From a virus (lineage: Duplodnaviria > Caudoviricetes): DNA of 32,007 nucleotides. The DNA lies in IMG/VR virus record IMGVR_UViG_3300011339_001074, positions 1-32,007 of that record. The stretch is one strand, 5' to 3'. The notes beneath the pieces are model-generated. The model saw only the letters and a list, made by a program, of their open reading frames with translations, was not told where the DNA came from and did no database searches. Both the position numbers and the translations under genes were made by a program. Positions 17,104 through 24,560 of this stretch are shown here, in pieces (the stretch's first letter is position 1; each line of letters begins with the position of its first letter).

Positions 17104-19037
17104 GTTGTCACCTTCCGCGCGCACGCGCCCCACGCGGCGCCACTGGACGGGTTTTCGCTCTGCTTGATCAAACGGACGCCCACGCCCTCACAGCCTTGAG
17201 GTCCGCTGAACACGTCGAACGCGTCCTTGTCGTGGGTACAGACCTCCTCCGCCTGGTACTGACTGACCGCGAACCGAATGGCGTTGGCTGTGAGCCGGGA
17301 CCACGTGTCGCCCTTCCGCTTTTCTCGAGCCATACAATACAGCACCTCGCCGCCGCGCACGAGCGCGATGGACGCGTTCTCCTTGTTCATGGCGCCGGTG
17401 ACGTACACCGGGATCGGCTGACCCGGCGGGACCAACACAGGCATGAACGCATCTGCGCAGGGGACGCGGATCGCCATGCTCGGACGCCATTGAGCCGGGA
17501 GCTTCCCGGCGCGGGCGGCGTCTTTGAGCCCGCTCAAAATATCGATCATGTCGCAGACTATGCCCTTGGTGAGATTCGGGCATGTCAGGAGTTGCTGGAG
17601 AGCGGCGGAATGTTCGAGACAGACCGCCCGGATCATGCCTTTCAGCTTCTCCAGATACGCGGATTGTTTGGCGCTCGGAGCGTGCTCCCGCCACAGTCGT
17701 CCCGCCGGCTGCTTCGTGTCCTTGGCCAGCCCTTCCGCGAGGAGCGCCAGCCGGATCTCCCGCACGTAACGACCCAGCGCCGTGGTCCTCGCCGCTTGAA
17801 TCTGCTCCGCGGGGCGTTCGTTGTCCTTGCACTCCGCATCCTCCGCGTTCTCCTCGGCGAGCTCGAGCGCCTCCGGCTCCGAATCGTTGAACAGCAAACC
17901 GAGCGCGTCCGCGTACGTCAGCTGGAACTCTCCGAACAAGTCATTCGGGTCCAGCACCTTGGCCACTGTCTTTCCGGGGCTGGCTCGGAGCACGCGGCCC
18001 ACCTCCTGAATGAACCGGACGCGAGACCGAACGCGCCGCCGCAGACAGATCCAACGGAGCCACGGAAAGTCGACGCCCTCCACCAGCATGGAGACATGTA
18101 CAATCATGTCCAGCCCACCAGAGCGGAGCGCCTCCACGGTCTCGGCCTTATCCTGAGCGCCCATCCGGCTGTGGAGTGGACGGGCCTTGAACCCTGCGGC
18201 CTCAAGGACCGCGCAGTAGTCCTCCGCGTCCTGAATGGTCGACGCGTTGACCACGCCCGGACCACGCTCTGGTCCGAGCTCGCGGATCATCGTTATGCAC
18301 GCCTCGTCCGTGTCCGCGCTCGTCCTGGTCTCGTCCCACGGGATGATCTGGAAGTCAACGATCGCGCCGTCCCGCATGGCTTCGGCTGGTGGATACCGGT
18401 ACGTCACGGTGTCGAACAACTGGATCGTGGCCTTGTGGTGCGAACGGAACGGCGTGGCGGTGAAGCCCAGACGGGCCCTGCTGGGGAACCCGGCGCGCTC
18501 CACGTCGACGTCCACGCCCACCCCGAACGTGGCGCACTCCGTTTTGTGGCACTCGTCCGCGATCCAGAGGTCGACCACAATCCCGTGAGTGGCGAGGTGT
18601 TGAGCGAGCGCGACCGCGGACGGGTTGCAGCAAACGATCACCTGACGTCCACCCTGCTTGTGGTGGGTGTACCACTTGCCGACCATGCCCGGCGGGAGCC
18701 ACGCGCTGAAGGTCTCAGCGAGCTGGTCCACGAGTCGAATGGACGGGGCTGTGACCACCACGCGAGCGTCCGGGTAGTCCAGCAGGTACAGCCGGAGGAT
18801 CTCCGCCTGTAGAATGGACTTACCGGCGCCCGTGGTGGCCGCGATCACGCCAGCCCGGTGGGCGTAGATGGAGCAGAGCGCCGCGGGAAGCGCCTCGCTC
18901 TGCCACTTGCGGAGCTTGGGGTTCTGGGCGAACGAGTTGAGCCGGTCCCACTCCACTGTGGAGTCAAGGTTGAGAGCAGCCAAGGAGGACGCACTGGGCG
19001 CGTCAAAGAGCGCGCAGAGCGCGGGATAGTCAATCAT
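17100..19037 (-). CDS. Superfamily 2 (DExH, ResIII-like) helicase with C-terminal extension
   Basis: WQSEAL, AATTGAGKS, IADECH, GFTATP, MLVEGVDFP, FIQEVGRVLR. Confidence 0.92.
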   Translation of the reverse strand: MIDYPALCALFDAPSASSLAALNLDSTVEWDRLNSFAQNPKLRKWQSEALPAALCSIYAHRAGVIAATTGAGKSILQAEILRLYLLDYPDARVVVTAPSIRLVDQLAETFSAWLPPGMVGKWYTHHKQGGRQVIVCCNPSAVALAQHLATHGIVVDLWIADECHKTECATFGVGVDVDVERAGFPSRARLGFTATPFRSHHKATIQLFDTVTYRYPPAEAMRDGAIVDFQIIPWDETRTSADTDEACITMIRELGPERGPGVVNASTIQDAEDYCAVLEAAGFKARPLHSRMGAQDKAETVEALRSGGLDMIVHVSMLVEGVDFPWLRWICLRRRVRSRVRFIQEVGRVLRASPGKTVAKVLDPNDLFGEFQLTYADALGLLFNDSEPEALELAEENAEDAECKDNERPAEQIQAARTTALGRYVREIRLALLAEGLAKDTKQPAGRLWREHAPSAKQSAYLEKLKGMIRAVCLEHSAALQQLLTCPNLTKGIVCDMIDILSGLKDAARAGKLPAQWRPSMAIRVPCADAFMPVLVPPGQPIPVYVTGAMNKENASIALVRGGEVLYCMAREKRKGDTWSRLTANAIRFAVSQYQAEEVCTHDKDAFDVFSGPQGCEGVGVRLIKQSENPSSGAAWGACARKVTT

Positions 19038-19130
19038 GTTGTTCTCCGACCGCCGGCGGAGGGGGCCAGTGAATCTGGCCCCCGCTCAGGGAGCAACTCC
19101 TGAGCGCCAACGGCCTGAAGATCGTATCAC

Positions 19131-19174
19131 GAAAACGGAAAAGGGCTGGTCTGGGAACAACACCAGACCAGCCC
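19131..19174 (-). terminator. Intrinsic terminator upstream of the helicase gene
   Basis: Perfect 12-bp stem GGGCTGGTCTGG/CCAGACCAGCCC with 8-nt loop, followed on the minus strand by TTTTCCGTTTTC. Confidence 0.7.
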
Positions 19175-19182
19175 AGACCGGA

Positions 19183-19227
19183 ACCCTTGGCCACGTAGGC
19201 TTTGGCCACCTTCAGGAGCTGACTCAT
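19183..19227 (-). pseudogene. Duplicate of the first 15 codons of the primase gene (MSQLLKVAKAYVAKG)
   Basis: 41/45 identical to 17059-17103, all four differences synonymous. Embedded in track ORF 19030..19293, whose remainder crosses the hairpins and may not be a real protein. Confidence 0.8.
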
Positions 19228-19335
19228 ACGGCCACGCAGACGGTCGGGAGCGCAGGGGAACGCTTGCTGGACGGCTTCGGGCAGGGGCTTCATGGTTTGA
19301 TCTCTATTTAGTTTGGTTCAGCTATGGGGTTTGGT

Positions 19336-19716
19336 TCAGTTGAACGGGGAAACGCACCAATCACACTCACCCTGTCCATGACAACGGCACCTGCCCGTAG
19401 GATGCAGCAGCGCGTCGAGCGGCCCCGTGGTCACGGTGATTTTCTCCGTGAAGCCTTCGGGCATGTTCGGGTCGGGGAACTCCGCAGCGGTCATTTCAAC
19501 GCGGAACTTCTTCCAACAGGCGGGGCACACACCTACGGGTCGGGGCTTGAGGTGGTCAAAGGAGGCGTCTTTCGGGTTCTCTTCCGAACGTCCGCAGAGC
19601 GTGATGTAGTCGGCCCAGTCTATCATGCCAACACGACGCCCGTTCTCGTCCACGAGGGGGGAACCGAAACGGCGCATTTCGCCCCACGTTAGGCACTTGG
19701 TCGTTCTACGGCTCAT
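19336..19716 (-). CDS. Cys-rich hypothetical protein, possible Zn binding (126 aa)
   Basis: ATGA-coupled start; CPAC and CRCHGQGECDWC motifs. Confidence 0.6.
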   Translation of the reverse strand: MSRRTTKCLTWGEMRRFGSPLVDENGRRVGMIDWADYITLCGRSEENPKDASFDHLKPRPVGVCPACWKKFRVEMTAAEFPDPNMPEGFTEKITVTTGPLDALLHPTGRCRCHGQGECDWCVSPFN

Positions 19717-19943
19717 GGCTTCTTCTCTATTGGGTTTGGAAGCACACCCGCTTGAGGCATCGTAGCCAGAACCCGAAACTTGCGGTCCCACTCGTCCGCC
19801 GCGGCGTTCCATTCCGTGGTGTACTTGTCTTTGATCTCGCGCTCCTGTTCTGGAGTGGTGGCGCTCGCCAGCGCCAACGCCCGGCGATCCCACGCGGCCA
19901 CGCGGCGCGCGAGACAGATCTTCCATGCCTCGGCGCGGGTCAA
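19713..19943 (-). CDS. Hypothetical helical protein (76 aa)
   Basis: TTG start overlaps the upstream TGA; stop overlaps the next ATG. Confidence 0.5.
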   Translation of the reverse strand: MTRAEAWKICLARRVAAWDRRALALASATTPEQEREIKDKYTTEWNAAADEWDRKFRVLATMPQAGVLPNPIEKKP

Positions 19944-20146
19944 CGGAGCACCATGATCGCGGCGTCCAACATCAGCTGGATGTCCGGCTGATCGGCGGCA
20001 AGGTTGCGGGCGATGTTCAGCAAGATCTTGGCTGTGTCGACGTCCGACGCTTTGGCCTTGACCTCGGCGGCCTTGACGGTTGGCACCTCGCCCACCATGC
20101 ACGCAAGCTCGCCCTTGCGGGTACAGCCTTCCTGTTGGCAGGTCAT
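19940..20146 (-). CDS. Hypothetical protein (68 aa)
   Basis: GGAGG RBS; ATGA-coupled to the rusA stop. Confidence 0.55.
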   Translation of the reverse strand: MTCQQEGCTRKGELACMVGEVPTVKAAEVKAKASDVDTAKILLNIARNLAADQPDIQLMLDAAIMVLR

Positions 20147-20586
20147 GATACCCTCCACAACCGAAGCTCCACGTGAGTCGGCTCACCGAGCGCGGCGTAG
20201 AACTTGGACGCGGTGATCGTGGACACCTGCTTGTCGTCGATGAAGAGTCCCGCTTTCTCCGCGGCGTCCAGCGTCGCTTTGATCACGTTGTCCAGATCGG
20301 GTTTGACGGGGTGAGCGATCCGGCCTTCCGAATACTTCCAACCGTGGGCCTTGGTGTGGCGGAGCATCTCGGCGGTCCGCGTGAACACCGCCACGATCTC
20401 ACACGCCAGCGCGCCGCCCATCGGAGGAGCGTCACCCCACGCCGTCCGCAGTTCGTTGGCCGCGAAGAACTCCCACTGAGCTGTGGCTGGCGGGGTGTAG
20501 ACGCGAGCGTGCTTCCCCGCGTTGACAGCACGAGGTCGTCCCTTCCCGAGCGGCGCCTGACTGATCACACCGTCAAACTCAGTCAC
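20143..20586 (-). CDS. rusA: RusA-family Holliday junction resolvase (147 aa)
   Basis: KGRPR...YTP, KPDLDNVIKATLDA, IDDKQV; GAGGT RBS before GTG 20586. Confidence 0.9.
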   Translation of the reverse strand: MTEFDGVISQAPLGKGRPRAVNAGKHARVYTPPATAQWEFFAANELRTAWGDAPPMGGALACEIVAVFTRTAEMLRHTKAHGWKYSEGRIAHPVKPDLDNVIKATLDAAEKAGLFIDDKQVSTITASKFYAALGEPTHVELRLWRVS

Positions 20587-20815
20587 TGGCCACCTCGTCC
20601 GGTCCGAACGCTTTGAGCCGGGCGATCTCGGCGCGGTCTTTCTTGGTGGCGCTGTACGCGTTGGCGAGCGCCAGCAGCTGGGCCGGCGCCGGCTCATTCT
20701 CGCCGGACTCCCACGCGTAGATCGAGGACTTGGACACGTCCAGCAAGGTGGCAACGTCCGCCACGCGGAGCCGCTGGCGCTCCCGCAGCTGCTTCAACAG
20801 GGTACACAGACTCAT
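20579..20815 (-). CDS. XRE/Cro-like helix-turn-helix regulator
   Basis: LKQLRERQRLRVADVATLLDVSKSSIYAWESGENEP; 78 aa with no peptidase domain. Confidence 0.9.
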   Translation of the reverse strand: MSLCTLLKQLRERQRLRVADVATLLDVSKSSIYAWESGENEPAPAQLLALANAYSATKKDRAEIARLKAFGPDEVASD

Positions 20816-20988
20816 AGAAACCTCCAGAGGTTCCGTATCGTGGCGCGGTACGTTGTCCAGAGTCTCCGGGAATGTTTACAGATTCGGAAAAAAACATTCC
20901 GGAATGTCTGGACACCTACGCGGTGACCGGGTAAGTATCTGGTGTCGGGAATGAACCCGGCAACATCGAAGCACAACGAGAGAACAAC
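20816..20988. promoter_or_regulatory. Divergent control region with palindromic operator-like sites
   Basis: Perfect palindrome ACATTCCGGAATGT at 20894-20907; extra GGAATG half-sites near 20869 and 20948; lies between divergent operons. Confidence 0.65.
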
Positions 20989-21285
20989 ATGATGCAAGCC
21001 CCCACTGAGATCCTCCTTGCCCTTGCCCGGCTCCATGCCGCGGCCCACGAGCTCCGCACCGCACTGGAGACCGAGCGCGACAACGCCCAGATTGACTACG
21101 ACCGCCTCGCAGCCCTGCCCGGTGGACTCGGCAACGACCACACCGCGATGCTTCTTCAGCTTGCCGACGAGCGCGGCTACCTCGCACGCCGCGCCTTGCG
21201 CAACGCGTTCGGAGGCTTTGCCGGTCAGGTCGTCACTCCGCAGCCGGAAGATCTGGGCTACGAAGCTGTAACGGTGATCGCATGA
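20989..21285 (+). CDS. Hypothetical protein, first gene of the early operon (98 aa)
   Basis: GAGAGAACAAC before ATG; stop overlaps the next ATG. Confidence 0.7.
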   Translation: MMQAPTEILLALARLHAAAHELRTALETERDNAQIDYDRLAALPGGLGNDHTAMLLQLADERGYLARRALRNAFGGFAGQVVTPQPEDLGYEAVTVIA

Positions 21286-21440
21286 CCCGCGATGATCTGG
21301 CACTGGTCGCCGCTGTGGTCTTTGTCGGTGGGCTTGTGCTTGCCGCGATCTCCACCCTCGCCGGTTGCTCTGCCTCTCTCCCCTATGGCCGTCCTGGTCA
21401 AGCCCTTCACTCCTACATTGAGACCCACGTCAATGACTGA
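21282..21440 (+). CDS. Small putative lipoprotein / membrane peptide (52 aa), not in the ORF track
   Basis: MTRDDLALVAAVVFVGGLVLAAISTLAGCSASLPYGRPGQALHSYIETHVND*: hydrophobic run, then an LAGC lipobox; coupled at both ends. Confidence 0.6.
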   Translation: MTRDDLALVAAVVFVGGLVLAAISTLAGCSASLPYGRPGQALHSYIETHVND

Positions 21441-22095
21441 ACCCACCCCCGCTTTGAACGCTGCCTTGGCCAAGGCACAGGCTGAACTTCAACACGCGAT
21501 CAAGGATCGCACCAACCCCGCGTTCCGGTCGCAGTACGCGGACCTCGCCAGCGTTCTGGACGCGGTGCGCCCGCTGGCCAGCCACGGGATCGCCGTGACG
21601 CACTACATGGCGCCACAGCCCGATCCCCGCGTGGTCTCGCTCCACACCGTGCTTCGCCACTCGAGCGGCGAGCATCTGGACTGCGGCGCGGTGACGATGG
21701 TGGCCAAGGACGGCGGTCCCCAGTCTGTGGCCAGTGCGATTACGTACGCTCGGAGGTACGGCGTCATGTTGGCGTGCGGGATCGCTCCGGGCGACAACTC
21801 GGACGATGACGGGAACGCGGCTCAGGGCGTGCCCGTCAAGCCGGCGAGCTCGCCCGCACCTGTTCCAGTGGCTGCACCGAGCGTCCATCGTAGCTGGCTG
21901 GATCACCGGGACGCGTACCTGGCGGAGCTTGCGCGCCTCGAGGTGTCCGTTCGGGACGCGGAGCTGGTGTGCGAGTTGTTGAAGCGTCCCGCGCCTCAGA
22001 TGCTGGACCAGTCCGCACGCACCAAGTTTTTGGCGTACCTCGCCACCGATCAAGGCCGCATGGCCCTTCTCACCATCGAAGCAAACAAGGAGTAA
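21433..22095 (+). CDS. erf: ERF-family ssDNA annealing protein (220 aa)
   Basis: NPAFRSQYADLASV, QSVASAITYARRY, GIAPGDNSDDDGNAA. Confidence 0.9.
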   Translation: MTEPTPALNAALAKAQAELQHAIKDRTNPAFRSQYADLASVLDAVRPLASHGIAVTHYMAPQPDPRVVSLHTVLRHSSGEHLDCGAVTMVAKDGGPQSVASAITYARRYGVMLACGIAPGDNSDDDGNAAQGVPVKPASSPAPVPVAAPSVHRSWLDHRDAYLAELARLEVSVRDAELVCELLKRPAPQMLDQSARTKFLAYLATDQGRMALLTIEANKE

Positions 22096-22100
22096 CGAAC

Positions 22101-22547
22101 ATGGCTTTCAATCCCAACGCATTCCCCGAAAAGACCAAGGCCACCAGTGGTGGCGGCTCACGCATGATCGCGCCCGGCAAACACCGGGTGACTATCGAGA
22201 ACGTGGAGTGGGACGGTCCCCGCGATCAACTTGTCGTGACGTTCAGCAACGGCGACGCCACGATCCGGGGCTGGTACCCGGTGGAAGGTACTCGTGGGTT
22301 CGTGACGGCGAACTTGCTCCGCGCCGTGGGGTGGAACGCGGAGTTTGAGCCCTCGGACTCGAACAGCCGGAATCACGTGCTGCTTGGTCAGGAGCTCCAG
22401 ATCGTAGTGGAGACCTCGGAGTACGCTGGCAAGGTCCGGACTCAGGTCCGGTGGACGAATCGCCTTCCGGGTCTGGCTGACCGGTCAGTTGCTGACCAGC
22501 CCGCGCCGGCTCCCGCGTTGTTTGGGGACGACGAGCTTCCGTTCTGA
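22101..22547 (+). CDS. Phage ssDNA-binding protein, DUF669-like (148 aa)
   Basis: AAGGAG RBS; [13 protein letters not shown]; acidic C-terminus GDDELPF; follows the recombinase. Confidence 0.7.
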   Translation: MAFNPNAFPEKTKATSGGGSRMIAPGKHRVTIENVEWDGPRDQLVVTFSNGDATIRGWYPVEGTRGFVTANLLRAVGWNAEFEPSDSNSRNHVLLGQELQIVVETSEYAGKVRTQVRWTNRLPGLADRSVADQPAPAPALFGDDELPF

Positions 22548-22563
22548 TCGTCCCTGCCAGTCT

Positions 22564-22593
22564 GGCCCGTACCTCTTCGGAGGTCGGGCCTTT
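22564..22593 (+). terminator. C(UUCG)G hairpin, probable terminator or attenuator
   Basis: GGCCCG(T)ACCTC-TTCG-GAGGTCGGGCC followed by TTT, just after the SSB stop. Confidence 0.6.
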
Positions 22594-22623
22594 GGCGGTA
22601 GGCACTCAAGCCTCGGAGAATCA

Positions 22624-22977
22624 ATGACCCCTGATCAACTCAAAATCATCCTCGCAGCCCATGCGCTTTGGTGCGCCAATCCTACTACGGGACAACGCGC
22701 GAACCTGACCGGCGCGAACCTGGCCCGCGCGTACCTGACCCGCGCGTACCTGACCGACGCGAACCTATACGGCGCGAACCTGACCGACGCGAACCTGACC
22801 GGCGCGAACCTGACCGGCGCGAACCTGGCCCGCGCGTACCTGACCGGCGCGAACCTGACCGGCGCGAACCTGACCGGCGCGAACCTGACCGGAGCGAACC
22901 TGACCGGAGCGAACCTGACCCGCGCGGACCTGACCGGCGCAATTATCACTCTCGGCTGGCATTTGGTGCGCGTATGA
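22624..22977 (+). CDS. Pentapeptide repeat protein (117 aa)
   Basis: 16 A(N/Y/D)Lxx repeats after the common phage lead-in [11 protein letters not shown]; GGAG RBS. Confidence 0.9.
   Translation: MTPDQLKIILAAHALWCANPTTGQRANLTGANLARAYLTRAYLTDANLYGANLTDANLTGANLTGANLARAYLTGANLTGANLTGANLTGANLTGANLTRADLTGAIITLGWHLVRV
22699..22938 (+). repeat. 15-bp tandem coding repeat (gcgaacctgaccggc consensus, 16 copies)
   Basis: Directly visible; encodes the pentapeptide repeats. Confidence 0.9.
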
Positions 22978-23480
22978 CCGGATACGACCTCTACGCCCAA
23001 GCTGCGCACCTTATCTCGACCATCGAGAGCCTCGAGGGAGCAGACCCTGAGGTGTTGGACCCGCAGCTGGCCGCGTGGCTGGACTCGTGCGACGACAAGA
23101 TCGGCGCATACCACGCCGTTCTAAAGCGCTTGGAGATCGAGGACGCCGCGCTGAAGTCGGAAGCGGACGGGATCGCCGCAGCCCGCAAGCGCATGGCCAA
23201 GCAGAGCGAGCGCGTGCGCGATCTCGCCACGCTCCTCCTGGTCAGCATGGAGCAGCTCGGCGAGGAGCCCAAGGTCAAGCGCTCGACGTTTTCGGCGTGG
23301 CTTGCTACCACCGAGTCCGTGTCCGCGCCGGACGATGCCACCTTGCTCCCACTCGCGTACCAGCGCGTGAAGGTGGAAGCGAACAAGGTCAAGTTGAAGG
23401 ACGTGCTCAAGGCCGGCGAGCTCGTGGACGGTTGCTCCCTCGTGCAGACCCGGGCCGTGGTCATTCGGAGCGTCAAGTGA
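22974..23480 (+). CDS. Siphovirus Gp157-like protein (168 aa)
   Basis: [30 protein letters not shown] coiled coil; C-terminal [20 protein letters not shown]. Confidence 0.8.
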   Translation: MTGYDLYAQAAHLISTIESLEGADPEVLDPQLAAWLDSCDDKIGAYHAVLKRLEIEDAALKSEADGIAAARKRMAKQSERVRDLATLLLVSMEQLGEEPKVKRSTFSAWLATTESVSAPDDATLLPLAYQRVKVEANKVKLKDVLKAGELVDGCSLVQTRAVVIRSVK

Positions 23481-23668
23481 CTTTAGATGAATACAACCAA
23501 GCTGTGCAACACGGCGTTGACGTGGAGCGCGCCTCTGTGGTGGCGTGGCTGCGGCGTGAAGCAAGCGCCGGAAGCGCCATGCTGTCCCATGCGGAGCGTA
23601 GCCTCCTGTTGGTGTTTGCCGCTTGTATCGAACGCGCTGGACACTTGAAGGAGGTGATCAATGACTAA
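23477..23668 (+). CDS. Small protein, ERxxVVAWL...IERxxH family, copy 1 (63 aa)
   Basis: GTG overlaps the upstream TGA; ERASVVAWLR...IERAGH. Confidence 0.65.
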   Translation: MTLDEYNQAVQHGVDVERASVVAWLRREASAGSAMLSHAERSLLLVFAACIERAGHLKEVIND

Positions 23669-23876
23669 AATGACTAAGAAGCAGTTGAACTTGATGGAAA
23701 ATGGGTTGAACAAGCTCCTCCCTGATTTTTGGGAGGAGAGCGCCCGCGAGGAGCGCCAGAACGTGGTGGCGTGGCTGCGCGCTCAATCCCATCTCACGCT
23801 CTATGAAGCTACGCCGGACGACGTGGCGGACGCCATTGAACGCGGCGACCACGTGAAGGAGGTGGACAGTGAGTGA
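23661..23876 (+). CDS. Small protein, ERxxVVAWL family, copy 2 (71 aa)
   Basis: AAGGAGG RBS; ERQNVVAWLR...IERGDH. Confidence 0.7.
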   Translation: MTKMTKKQLNLMENGLNKLLPDFWEESAREERQNVVAWLRAQSHLTLYEATPDDVADAIERGDHVKEVDSE

Positions 23877-24159
23877 GTCCGTACTGGAGAACATGCTGGC
23901 TCGGATCCGCGTGGAGTCCGAGACCAAAACGAGCGTGGAGATCACAGCCTATGAAGCGCTGGTGATCGACGCGAAGATCTTCGAGCTCAAGCAACTGGTG
24001 GCTGACCACCGCCGGCTCATTGACTTTCTCCGCGTTGACGAGAAAGCCAAAGAACGCGCCGCCGTAGTGGCGTGGCTGTTTGAACGATCACACTACACCG
24101 CAGAGGCCTACGCGGGCAGCATCGAACGCGGCGATCATCGCTGCGAGGAGGAGCGATGA
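23869..24159 (+). CDS. Small protein, ERxxVVAWL family, copy 3 (96 aa)
   Basis: AAGGAGG RBS; ERAAVVAWLF...IERGDH. Confidence 0.7.
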   Translation: MSESVLENMLARIRVESETKTSVEITAYEALVIDAKIFELKQLVADHRRLIDFLRVDEKAKERAAVVAWLFERSHYTAEAYAGSIERGDHRCEEER

Positions 24160-24560
24160 CCGACGAACAGATCGTGCTCGCACGCCGCGCCGTCGCGTGC
24201 AAGAACTGGCGGTGGATGCCGGGGATGGCGACGAACAGCAAGTTTTGCAGGGTCGTGGCTGCGTGCCCCGTGGAGAGCGTGCCGTGCTGCGCGGAGGAAG
24301 GCGCAACGGAGGACGACTGCTACGCGGTGTGGTTGGACGGTGTGCCCCTGTTCCCCGACCTCACCGACTCCGCCACGTTGGGCTGCGTGCTCGCGTTGGT
24401 GCGGGAGGCGTGGGGCGACTCTGAAATGCACATGACTCTTGGAGCGAAAGGCTGGGTATGGCTAACGGGTGAAAGTCGCGTTTATGGTGTTGTGATGCCA
24501 ATAAATGCAGGAGATACCGAAGCCGAAGCCCTTGTCGCCGCGTTGGAGGCTGCGCCATGA
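24156..24560 (+). CDS. Phage accessory protein, possibly ABA-sandwich-like (134 aa)
   Basis: WRWMPGM...PDLTDSATLGCVLALVREAW...TEAEALVAALEAAP; coupled to neighbours. The family assignment is from memory and tentative. Confidence 0.6.
   Translation: MTDEQIVLARRAVACKNWRWMPGMATNSKFCRVVAACPVESVPCCAEEGATEDDCYAVWLDGVPLFPDLTDSATLGCVLALVREAWGDSEMHMTLGAKGWVWLTGESRVYGVVMPINAGDTEAEALVAALEAAP

Noticed and set aside
22668-22973. REPDR-repeat N-terminal extension of the Gp157-like ORF
   Set aside because: Alternative-frame reading of the pentapeptide repeat; the real start is the ATGA-coupled ATG at 22974.
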